The notes under the pieces were generated by a model. The model made no database searches. It saw only the letters and a list, made by a program, of their open reading frames with translations, and had not been told where the DNA came from. From an uncultured virus (IMG/VR IMGVR_UViG_3300027832_001134) (taxonomy: Duplodnaviria; Heunggongvirae; Uroviricota; Caudoviricetes), in IMG/VR virus record IMGVR_UViG_3300027832_001134: DNA of 64,000 nt; one strand, given 5' to 3'. The translations under genes and the position numbers were made by a program. Positions 51,126-59,239 of this stretch are shown one piece after another (position 1 is the first letter of the stretch; every line of letters begins with the position of its first letter).

Positions 51126-51395
51126 ATGACCCGCCTGAACCCGCAGACAACGCTCCGCCATCAACTGCGCGCCGAGAAGGCTGCGCGGAACAATGAAGCA
51201 GCGCTTAGCGCCTTCATGGGCAAGAAAGCCGAGATCGACGAGATGCTCGCCCGCTTGTCGAGCCTGAGCGACGACCACTTCAACGCCCACCCCGACGAGA
51301 CCAACTGGGGCCATGTCGGCACCCTTGAGCATTACGCCAGCCTCTTGAAGCGCATCACCGACAGCGCCTTCAGCGAAGGCGAGCACGCGGAGTAA
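51126..51395 (+). CDS. Hypothetical phage protein
   Basis: RBS AAGGAG; DDHF..NWGHVGTL. Confidence 0.75.
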   Translation: MTRLNPQTTLRHQLRAEKAARNNEAALSAFMGKKAEIDEMLARLSSLSDDHFNAHPDETNWGHVGTLEHYASLLKRITDSAFSEGEHAE

Positions 51396-51400
51396 GCGCC

Positions 51401-51619
51401 ATGGAAACCAGTACTATCCGCATTGCCATTCGTAAGCTGCCCGATCATTTCGACCGAAGCCGTATCACCACGGTCCTCGACAAAATCGAAAGCGCCCTGA
51501 TGGACGACGGCGGCGTTTATGTCCGCGCCTATGCCGACAGCATGACGATTACCATCGAGGTTCCGACCAGCCAGCTGATTGATGCGGCAACCAGCCTGAA
51601 AGACCTCGACCTGATCTGA
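51401..51619 (+). CDS. Hypothetical phage protein
   Basis: RBS GGAG; 72 aa, co-directional with neighbours. Confidence 0.7.
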   Translation: METSTIRIAIRKLPDHFDRSRITTVLDKIESALMDDGGVYVRAYADSMTITIEVPTSQLIDAATSLKDLDLI

Positions 51620-51710
51620 ACCGTGCAACCGCGCAGACCTGCCCCGTATGCGCGGGGCTCGTCCCGGTAGAAGGGTCGCATTCCGCGCCCCCGATGACCG
51701 GAGACAACCA

Positions 51711-52226
51711 ATGACCCAGATCCAGCTGTCCGACCCACAAGCCATCATCCTGTCCGCCGCCTGCGCGCGGGAAGACGGTGCAGTGTTCCCCGTCACCGCA
51801 AGCCTCAAGGGCGGCGCTGTTGGCAATGTCTGCAAGAGCCTCCTGAAGAAGGGGCTCCTCGAGGAGATTGAAGCCACGGACCTGAACACGGTCTGGCGGC
51901 ACGACGAAAAGCGCGGGCCGATAACCCTGCGTTCCACGTCGCTGGCTTACAGCGCCCTCGGGATCACCAACGAACCGAACGAAAGTGCCCCCACCGATAG
52001 CGCAAGCGAACCCGTCCAGCGTCGAAATGGGACCAAACAGGCAAAGCTGATCGAGATGCTCCGCGCTGAGGGCGGCGCGACCATCGAGGAAATCATGGTC
52101 GCAACCGGATGGCAGTCACATACGATTCGTGGTGCCATGTCCGGCGCGCTGAAAAAGAAGCTCGGGCTTGAGGTCACCTCAGAAAAGACAGAGGAACGTG
52201 GACGCATCTATCGGATTGAAGACTGA
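51711..52226 (+). CDS. DUF3489 winged-helix protein
   Basis: TKQAKLIEML..GATIEEI..TGWQSHTIRGAMSG. Confidence 0.85.
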   Translation: MTQIQLSDPQAIILSAACAREDGAVFPVTASLKGGAVGNVCKSLLKKGLLEEIEATDLNTVWRHDEKRGPITLRSTSLAYSALGITNEPNESAPTDSASEPVQRRNGTKQAKLIEMLRAEGGATIEEIMVATGWQSHTIRGAMSGALKKKLGLEVTSEKTEERGRIYRIED

Positions 52227-52528
52227 TCCCGCCCTGCTGCACCGCTGAAATACCGGCGGTAGGGAAGTCGATGCCGAACAGAGCCGTCGCTCCTCATGGG
52301 CGGCGGCTTTGTCGTTTTGACCCGGATTGCCTCGAATAGCCGCCGTAGCACATAGGACCGCGCTATGCTCACCACCGTGAACACCGCGCCCATTTTCAGG
52401 TTCTGCGCCAGCGTTGTGTGTAGCCCGAAGATCGGGAAGATCAGGATTTGTGTAGCGACGGCGACGCCGTAGCCCACGATCACATTGGCGACGGACTCCA
52501 CCAGCGACATGAGGCGCGACTGCTTCAT
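52208..52528 (-). CDS. Small membrane protein
   Basis: MKQSRLMSLVESVANVIVGY..SIARSYVLRRLFE, two TM-like helices. Confidence 0.75.
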   Translation of the reverse strand: MKQSRLMSLVESVANVIVGYGVAVATQILIFPIFGLHTTLAQNLKMGAVFTVVSIARSYVLRRLFEAIRVKTTKPPPMRSDGSVRHRLPYRRYFSGAAGRDQSSIR

Positions 52529-52566
52529 GCCACCACCTCATCCATCGGCCACCACCTCATCCATCG
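52529..52566. repeat. Perfect 19-bp tandem duplication
   Basis: GCCACCACCTCATCCATCG x2. Confidence 0.9.
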
Positions 52567-53732
52567 GTCAGCAGTTCAGCTGCGAGAGTTCGCAGCGCAT
52601 GCGCCGCAACCAGGGGGACCACGCCGTTGCCACAGAGGCGAAGCCGGTCCACCCGGTGGGCCAACCCATCAGCGCCTCGACGAACAGCGGGTTCAAGGTC
52701 CTGCGCTGCTCGGAGATATCGCTCCCAGCCATGGGCGTCACCAGGACCTGGCGGCCAAGCAGGCCATTCACCGGCGTGTTCGCCAATGTCGTCGCCCCAT
52801 CCTTGTGATCCCGCGCCGTCGGCGTCATCCACATGCGGCTGGCATGGGTCAGATCGGCCGTCTTGCGATTGCCCGCGCTCGGCTTGCAGCCATCGTTTGC
52901 CATCGGCGTCGGCCAGTCCCGCGCCATGCCGTCCAGACCCTTCTCGTGCTTGCGGTCTCCTCCCCGGCTCCGGAAGCTGTCGGTCTGTGGCGTCGGCCAC
53001 ATCGCGGCGCTGGTTGCCAGGTTCATCCCATGCTTGCCCGCTTCTTGCGAGGGCGTTGGTTTCGTTTGCCGGTTCTCGTTGGCGCTGGCGCGGGGCGTCG
53101 GCCATAGCCGCAACATCTCGGTCCGGTTCCCGCCACTCGACCGGGTCCCAGAGCAGGCGCGCGGGGTCGGCCAATTCGCAGCCTTCGCGGATGGCAAGGA
53201 TGAACAGCCGCTCACGCTTGTGCGGCGCGCCGACTTCCGCCGCAGTAAAGAGACCTGCCGCAAGGCGGTAGCCCATGCCGACCAGTCCGCTGGCGACTTC
53301 GGGGAAGCCGAGGCGGAGATGATGGGCGACATTCTCGAGGAAGACGAAGGGCGGCTCGCATTCACCGATGATCCGGGCGACGTGCGGCCAGAGGTGGCGT
53401 GGATCTTCGGTACCAAGGCGTTTGCCCGCAACCGAAAACGGCTGGCACGGATATCCCGCAGTGACGATGTCCACCGCGCCGCGCCACGGTCGGCCGTCGA
53501 AGCTGGCAACATCGTCCCAGACAGGCGCTGGATCCAAGGACGCGTCTTCCATCCGCGCCACGAGAGTGGCTGCGGCGAAGGTTTCCCGTTCGACATGGCC
53601 CACAGTTCGATATCCGGGGATGGCGATGGTGAGCCCGAGGTCGAGCCCGCCGGCGCCGGAGCAGAGCGAGAGCCCAAATAGGTCTCCGGCTCCGGAAGCG
53701 TAGCCGGAGGAAGGTAAAGCCAGGTCATGCAT
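52557..53732 (-). CDS. C5-cytosine DNA methyltransferase, alpha frame
   Basis: Motif I SLCSGAGG, IV GYPCQPFS, VI FLENV, VIII PHKRER, X RLCGNGVVP. Confidence 0.88.
   Translation of the reverse strand: MHDLALPSSGYASGAGDLFGLSLCSGAGGLDLGLTIAIPGYRTVGHVERETFAAATLVARMEDASLDPAPVWDDVASFDGRPWRGAVDIVTAGYPCQPFSVAGKRLGTEDPRHLWPHVARIIGECEPPFVFLENVAHHLRLGFPEVASGLVGMGYRLAAGLFTAAEVGAPHKRERLFILAIREGCELADPARLLWDPVEWREPDRDVAAMADAPRQRQREPANETNALARSGQAWDEPGNQRRDVADATDRQLPEPGRRPQAREGSGRHGAGLADADGKRWLQAERGQSQDGRSDPCQPHVDDADGAGSQGWGDDIGEHAGEWPAWPPGPGDAHGWERYLRAAQDLEPAVRRGADGLAHRVDRLRLCGNGVVPLVAAHALRTLAAELLTDG
52568..53728 (-). CDS. Overlapping alternative-frame ORF, putative beta subunit of the C5 MTase
   Basis: Stop-free ~386 codons in a second frame; five WPTP-type repeats; LNPLFVEALMGWPTGWT resembles motif IX. 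Confidence 0.68.
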   Translation of the reverse strand: MTWLYLPPATLPEPETYLGSRSAPAPAGSTSGSPSPSPDIELWAMSNGKPSPQPLSWRGWKTRPWIQRLSGTMLPASTADRGAARWTSSLRDIRASRFRLRANALVPKIHATSGRTSPGSSVNASRPSSSSRMSPIISASASPKSPADWSAWATALRQVSLLRRKSARRTSVSGCSSLPSAKAANWPTPRACSGTRSSGGNRTEMLRLWPTPRASANENRQTKPTPSQEAGKHGMNLATSAAMWPTPQTDSFRSRGGDRKHEKGLDGMARDWPTPMANDGCKPSAGNRKTADLTHASRMWMTPTARDHKDGATTLANTPVNGLLGRQVLVTPMAGSDISEQRRTLNPLFVEALMGWPTGWTGFASVATAWSPWLRRMRCELSQLNC

Positions 53733-53736
53733 TGCC

Positions 53737-54990
53737 TCACGCGTCTTTGGTCTTGATTTTATTGAAGGCCTCATCGGAGCCAGAAAGGACAGCGTCCTTG
53801 CCCGTGAACTGCTGCCATCGCTCGACAGCGACATCGACATAGACCGGATTGAGTTCGATCCCGTAGCAGACGCGACCTGTCGTTTCGGCCGCGATCAGCG
53901 TGGTGCCGGACCCCATGAAGGGCTCGTAGACGGCCTGACCCGGGCTGGAATTGTTAAGGATTGGCCGACGCATGCATTCGACAGGCTTCTGGGTCCCGTG
54001 CACGGTTTCCGCATCCTGATCCTTGTTTGCGATCTGCCACAGCGTCGTCTGTTTGCGGTCGCCAGCCCAATGGCCCTTGCCGGTTTTTTTCACGGCATAG
54101 AGACATGGTTCGTGCTGCCAGTGATAATCGCCGCGGCTCAGCACCAAGCGATCCTTGGCCCAGATGATCTGGGATCGGATGTTGAAGCCTGAGGCAATCA
54201 GACTGTCGGCGACCGTGGTCGCGTGCAGTGCCCCATGCCAGACATAGGCGACGTCGCCGGGGAACAACGCCCAGGCCTCGCGCCAGTCGGCGCGGTCATC
54301 GTTCAGCACCTTACCAGTGCGCTTGGTCGCGGCTGCCCCAGCCTTGTTTCGCCAGCCGGGATCGTATTCGACGCCATAGGGCGGATCGGTCACCATCAGT
54401 TGCGGCTTCACATCACCCAGCAGCCGCTCGACATCGGTGGCCACGGTGGCGTCACCACAGAGCAATCGGTGCTTGCCAAGCACCCAAAGATCGCCCGGTC
54501 GGCTGATCGGGGTTTCAGGGGCCTCAGGAACATCGTCCTCGCCCTCGCGGGAAGCGATCTCAGGATCGACCTCACCGGCCAGAAGCGCCTTGAGTTCGGC
54601 GTCATCGAAACCGATGAGCGACAGGTCGTAGTCCTCGGCCAGCAGGTCGCTCAACTCAGCCGACAGCATCGCCTCATCCCAAGTCCCGAGTTCCGTCAGC
54701 TTGTTGTCCGCGATACGGTACGCCCGGCGTTGCGCCTCGGTCAGATGGCCCAGCACGATCACTGGGGCCTCGGTCAGCCCGAGTTGCGTTGCGGCCAGCA
54801 CCCGGCCATGGCCCGCGATCAGTTCTCCGTCATCGGCGACGAGGCACGGCACGGTCCAGCCGAACTCCGCCATGCTGGCGGCAATCTTCGCAACCTGATC
54901 TGCGCCATGCATCTTTGCATTTTTCGCGTAGGGCTGGAGCTTGGCCAGCGGCCAGGTCTCAATCGCGTCCGGGGCAAAGCTCAGGGTCAT
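53737..54990 (-). CDS. ParB-like N-terminal domain + N6A/N4C DNA methyltransferase
   Basis: IAGHGR..YRIADN ParB domain; TDPPY, HGTQKP, EPFMGSGTT. Confidence 0.9.
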   Translation of the reverse strand: MTLSFAPDAIETWPLAKLQPYAKNAKMHGADQVAKIAASMAEFGWTVPCLVADDGELIAGHGRVLAATQLGLTEAPVIVLGHLTEAQRRAYRIADNKLTELGTWDEAMLSAELSDLLAEDYDLSLIGFDDAELKALLAGEVDPEIASREGEDDVPEAPETPISRPGDLWVLGKHRLLCGDATVATDVERLLGDVKPQLMVTDPPYGVEYDPGWRNKAGAAATKRTGKVLNDDRADWREAWALFPGDVAYVWHGALHATTVADSLIASGFNIRSQIIWAKDRLVLSRGDYHWQHEPCLYAVKKTGKGHWAGDRKQTTLWQIANKDQDAETVHGTQKPVECMRRPILNNSSPGQAVYEPFMGSGTTLIAAETTGRVCYGIELNPVYVDVAVERWQQFTGKDAVLSGSDEAFNKIKTKDA

Positions 54991-55186
54991 GCTGGTCGGT
55001 TCGCCTCAATTGGGTGGATGCCCTGGACTCCGGACCCCGGCAGCCAGCCTGGACTCCGCAAAGGGTCCAGCGGCCACCGGGGTGTCCGGTTCCAAGAGTT
55101 TGTTTTGTTGTGGTTTTCAGAAGATCGCGGGTGGATGCCCGCCAGGGTGGCTTCCCAAAAAACCGGCCCTGTCGCTAGCGATATTG

Positions 55187-55229
55187 CGCGCTGCGCCCCC
55201 CCGTATAGGTTTACGGCCAGGAAGGACCC
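55187..55229 (-). other. Lambda-like cosQ/cosN packaging site candidate
   Basis: Minus strand GGGTCCT..TACGGGGGGGCGCAGCGCG resembles lambda GGGTCCT..TACGGGGCGGCGACCTCGCG. Confidence 0.62.
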
Positions 55230-55378
55230 GTAAAGTCAGTGGGTTAGCGGGCTGGACCCCGGTTCGGACTCTGGGGTCCACCACAAAATCCATCTCGAAA
55301 AGGTCTGTGCTGTCCCGCACGCGCCTCTCCCGAGTATATCCAACTTATACCCTCGGGAGCCGGTATTTGTCCCTTCGA

Positions 55379-55399
55379 AAAGTGTCCGGCGGACACTTT
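55379..55399. promoter_or_regulatory. Perfect inverted repeat at the presumed late control region
   Basis: AAAGTGTCC-GGC-GGACACTTT just downstream of the DUF6362-like gene. Confidence 0.5.
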
Positions 55400-55417
55400 C
55401 CTATCCAGCGCGATCCC

Positions 55418-55846
55418 CTACGCCGCTCCCGCAAGCTTGATCACGGCCTGCTTCGAAAGGTTGCGGTTGAACCGACGGTTGTTGAGGCGCAGCGAGATGA
55501 CAGACAGCCCATAGAGCCAGTGCTGGTTGGCCGCAGATCGCTGCAGCCCGACAGTCCAGCAGACTTCTTTCCAACGCGTTCCATAGGCGCGCAGCCAAAC
55601 GATCTTGCCGTCGATGGGCTCGAGGCAGGCGGTCCAAGTCAGCGTCTGCTCCATCCGGCTGATCGCCTGCGGCGACGGAAGCACCCGCATGGGCTTGGGT
55701 TCCTGTTCGACCTTGTCCGCGAAGCTGTAGACGAACTCGGGCCAGGTGCTGAAGTACCCCGACATGCGCGGTTCGGGCATGCGCTTGAGAACCCATGCGG
55801 CTTCGGCCAGCCTGGCTTCGACGATGCTTGGGGTCCAATCAGCCAT
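55418..55846 (-). CDS. DUF6362-like HTH protein (putative late regulator)
   Basis: GYFSTWP..PSPQAISRM..C-terminal HTH; last gene of the early operon. Confidence 0.72.
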   Translation of the reverse strand: MADWTPSIVEARLAEAAWVLKRMPEPRMSGYFSTWPEFVYSFADKVEQEPKPMRVLPSPQAISRMEQTLTWTACLEPIDGKIVWLRAYGTRWKEVCWTVGLQRSAANQHWLYGLSVISLRLNNRRFNRNLSKQAVIKLAGAA

Positions 55847-56039
55847 TGCGCACCTCCAGACCTTCGGGCCGCTTGCCATAGAGTTTCTCGCCAATCTGGC
55901 GAATGAGCTCCCGCTCAGGCCAGGTCAGACGATGGTCATCGACGGCAACAGCCAGCACGCCCTGTTCCTTCCAACCCTCCCGCTTGACTTGATCGGGATC
56001 CCGGCGCTGGCCGCCATAGCCTTTGGGGTAAAACCTCAT
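55839..56039 (-). CDS. Hypothetical phage protein
   Basis: MRFYPKGYGG..VKREGWKEQGVLAV; overlaps its neighbours in the operon. Confidence 0.72.
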   Translation of the reverse strand: MRFYPKGYGGQRRDPDQVKREGWKEQGVLAVAVDDHRLTWPERELIRQIGEKLYGKRPEGLEVRNG

Positions 56040-56572
56040 GCCACACCTCCGCCGGTCTCGATTGCCCAGAGCAGGATCGCGATGGCATCGGCCTCGTTGT
56101 CGTCCGCAGGGCTGAACCCGCGGGCTCGGGCCGCGTCGATCATCGCCTGCTTCGGTGCATTGCCCTTGCCGGTGGCGTGGCGTTTGATCGTGCCCACAGG
56201 CACGCCCTGATAAGGCACGCCGCGCAGCTCGGCCCATGCGGTCAGGGTCGCCATCAGACCGCCATAGACATGGGCCGCGTCGGTGCCGGCATGGCGCCGG
56301 ACCTCCTCGAACCAGATCGTCTCCACCGGGCCCGACAGCCGGTCAATTTCAGTCAGCCAGTTGGTGAAGCGCAGGTAGCGCATGCCACCACCGTCGAAGC
56401 GGCCGGGGCGAAAGCTGGCCGTGCCACTGCTGATAAGCCCGGTGTGATCCCGCAGCGCCCAACCGGTTGCTGTGCCGAGATCAAGCGCGAGGGTTGCCAT
56501 GAGCCGGGAGGATGCGCCCGACAATGGGGGCTTTGCCTGGGGCTCGGTCAGAGTCAGAGTCGTCAACGCCAT
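56036..56572 (-). CDS. RuvC-like Holliday junction resolvase
   Basis: LALDLGTATGWA, FEEV, DDNEADA. Confidence 0.82.
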   Translation of the reverse strand: MALTTLTLTEPQAKPPLSGASSRLMATLALDLGTATGWALRDHTGLISSGTASFRPGRFDGGGMRYLRFTNWLTEIDRLSGPVETIWFEEVRRHAGTDAAHVYGGLMATLTAWAELRGVPYQGVPVGTIKRHATGKGNAPKQAMIDAARARGFSPADDNEADAIAILLWAIETGGGVA

Positions 56573-56736
56573 GATGGGTCTCCGTTGAGTAAGGGGGGAT
56601 TCGTTTTTGGTGGAGGGCGACGGTGGCGTTGTGCTTGGCGGTACGGGCCATCGTCGTCCGACTGATCCGCCCTCAGGGGGGTGCGCGCGGATATCCCATA
56701 CGGATGGGGAAAGGGGCCAAACCTGCGGGTTGGCCT

Positions 56737-56933
56737 CCCCATACGTAGTATGGGGGTTTGACACCTAACTGTTCCGAGAGAGACAAGATGCTGATTTCAT
56801 TCAGAAATAAGACTTCATGAAGTCTTCGGGTATGAGTTAGGGACCTAACACTTATTTTCCCGCAACCTATTGATTTCATTGAACGCACTGTTGGTGAAGA
56901 CATATGTGTTAGGCCTCACTCATATGAGTTAGG
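56737..56933. other. Putative phage replication origin (palindromes and short repeats)
   Basis: CCCCATAC-GTA-GTATGGGG, AAGACTTCATGAAGTCTT, repeated TATG(A/T)GTTAGG and TGATTTCATT, AT-rich. Confidence 0.58.
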
Positions 56934-59239
56934 TCGTCTTCAACCCCGTCCGGGTAGACCCAGAAGGCTGGGTTTTCGACTTGAAGGCTGAGCCCGGATT
57001 GGGGGCATTTGAAGTGGCTGGGCTGGACTGACCGGGTCGTTGTCGTGACCTCGCCAGTGGTTGGATCGACCTCATCGACGGGTGCGCCGAACTGCATGCC
57101 TTCGACGCAGAGATAGCCAAACCGGGACCGGGTGATGGGGAAACCGAACCCCGAGGGATCGCGCAGAAATTTCACGAACCCCTTGGTGGAGAGGACGCTG
57201 AGGCGCTCTCGGATGGTATGCTTGCTGCCTAGACCGCCCCGGTTCTCGAAGGTCTCGGAAAACTGCATTGCGGTGTAAAGCCGCTCGCCCGCTGCCTCGT
57301 CCAGCAACATTCCCAGAATGACGTCATGCTTGCGCAGCCGTTCGGCATCGAGCCTTGCGCCCACTTCCTTGCGCACCAGGCGCTCGCTCATCGGGTTCAT
57401 CTCAACCCAGCGGCCACCTACCTTGTCGATCAGCTTTCCCGCCAGCGCCGGGCCGTTTCGCAACTCGATCTCCAGCCTGCGTTCGCTTCGGTCTTCATCG
57501 GGGCGATGCATGAGCAGCCCCGAGGTGTAGAAACCGCGCAGTGCGCTGGCCCCGGACAAGGCCAGAAACGGATCGTCCTTCACCTGCTGCTTGCCGAGCT
57601 TCTTTGTGTGGTGGGCCAGGATCACGCCGCAGTCGGGATTGATGACATCGCGCAGCACCTCGACCCGGTCCTTGAGAAAGTACATCATGGCGTCGTTGTC
57701 GTTCTCGCCGCCGCCGCCCGGGCCACCGTCAAAGAGGTTGCGGATCGGGTCGACGCAAAGAATGTCGGGCGGTGCATCCGGGAACGCCGCACGCATTGCC
57801 TCGATGACCTTGGCGATGCCAGCCTCATTCAGCAGCAGCTTTAGCTTGGGCGTCGCGACAAAGGTTTCGCGGGCAGCGGCGATGACCTCCGGCGGAAGCG
57901 CGATCTGCTGAAGGCGTTCGCGCAGATAATGATACTGGATTTCCGCCTGCAGGTAGAACACCCGCAACTGTCGTGGCGGGGTAAAACCGAGGAACGTGAT
58001 CCCGGCTGCCATGTGCACGAGCCAGGAGATCAGAAAATCGCTCTTACCTACCTTTGGGGCACCGCCGAGCACCAACATGCCGCCGGGTGTGAGCACCCTT
58101 GGCGCAATGATATCCTCCGGCATGGGGGATCGGTCGTCGAGCAAAGCGCCCAGAGTGAACGATGACAACGGCCCCGGCTGGTTTCGTGCTGCGGCGGTTG
58201 TCTCAAGGCGGATCAGCGGCGGGCCGTTCTTCTCGATATGCTTGGCCCAGAGGCGTTCGGATTCCGCCTTAAGGCGATCCTCCGGCCAGCTCGGGCGCAG
58301 GGCGGCTGCACTGTAGCCACGGATCGCCTCCCATCCTTCATCAGGCGACATCCTGCCATCATGGACCATGCGCAGGAAATGACCGATGGCGACGCTGGCC
58401 CCGGTGAAGCGGCTCCAGTCATCCTGATCGCCTTCGCGCACCGGCGTTGTCAGCACCGCGTCCAGCGTCGGCTTGCCGGGTGCAGCAGCATTGGTAGTGG
58501 CCATGCCAACGCCCGACATGGGCGGCATCTCCGCTACCTTGTCTCCGAACTCCTCAAGATCGACCTCAATGGGATGGTGTTCGCGGATCTGCACAAGGCG
58601 CTGATGGCCATGCTTGTGATGAACCGATCCCGCCACCCGGATCGGCTGATGGGCGGAGCGGAAATGCGTGTCGCCGCCAACCTTGAGAGCGATCTCACCC
58701 CGCAGGCGGCAAAGCTCAGCCAGTGCAGTTCCTTCGGCGGGTTCGGTCATCCGCCACCAGACATGCAGCTTGTTGGCCCCTTCAGAGGTGCGCCCGCCGC
58801 TCTCGATGATCAGAGTGGGCTGACCTAGGTGGTGCAGCAGATGATCAAGTTTGGCGGAAATATCGCCGGCATCGAGATCGACGACAAGCGCCTGCATCTG
58901 CAGCACATCGGCGGATTTGGCCTGTCCGGCCCCAGCGACCGTGCCGGGGATCACATAGACGGCTGCCCCTTCGCGCCAGGCCCAATTGGCGAAGGTCGCG
59001 AGCTTGGTTGGCGCTGTGGCGTCGGCGTCGATCCAGATGTTGTGTGGTCGGCCCTCTTTACCCTGTCCCATATCGACAAAGCCCCGGACCGGGATCTGGC
59101 CCTCACAATAGCCGAACACGACGTCAATGAAGGTTTCGATCTGGAAGGGATCGGGCTCGACATCGAACGGGTCCTCGATCGAAGGCGCGTCGTTGAAATC
59201 CTGCCAGGGGCTGAAATGGATGATGTTGTCGTCGCTCAT
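56909..59239 (-). CDS. Primase-helicase (RepB-like primase + AAA ATPase)
   Basis: VVDLD..ESGG..LHVWW primase; GAPKVGKS, CVDP, HHTKK. Confidence 0.85.
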   Translation of the reverse strand: MSDDNIIHFSPWQDFNDAPSIEDPFDVEPDPFQIETFIDVVFGYCEGQIPVRGFVDMGQGKEGRPHNIWIDADATAPTKLATFANWAWREGAAVYVIPGTVAGAGQAKSADVLQMQALVVDLDAGDISAKLDHLLHHLGQPTLIIESGGRTSEGANKLHVWWRMTEPAEGTALAELCRLRGEIALKVGGDTHFRSAHQPIRVAGSVHHKHGHQRLVQIREHHPIEVDLEEFGDKVAEMPPMSGVGMATTNAAAPGKPTLDAVLTTPVREGDQDDWSRFTGASVAIGHFLRMVHDGRMSPDEGWEAIRGYSAAALRPSWPEDRLKAESERLWAKHIEKNGPPLIRLETTAAARNQPGPLSSFTLGALLDDRSPMPEDIIAPRVLTPGGMLVLGGAPKVGKSDFLISWLVHMAAGITFLGFTPPRQLRVFYLQAEIQYHYLRERLQQIALPPEVIAAARETFVATPKLKLLLNEAGIAKVIEAMRAAFPDAPPDILCVDPIRNLFDGGPGGGGENDNDAMMYFLKDRVEVLRDVINPDCGVILAHHTKKLGKQQVKDDPFLALSGASALRGFYTSGLLMHRPDEDRSERRLEIELRNGPALAGKLIDKVGGRWVEMNPMSERLVRKEVGARLDAERLRKHDVILGMLLDEAAGERLYTAMQFSETFENRGGLGSKHTIRERLSVLSTKGFVKFLRDPSGFGFPITRSRFGYLCVEGMQFGAPVDEVDPTTGEVTTTTRSVQPSHFKCPQSGLSLQVENPAFWVYPDGVEDDLTHMSEA

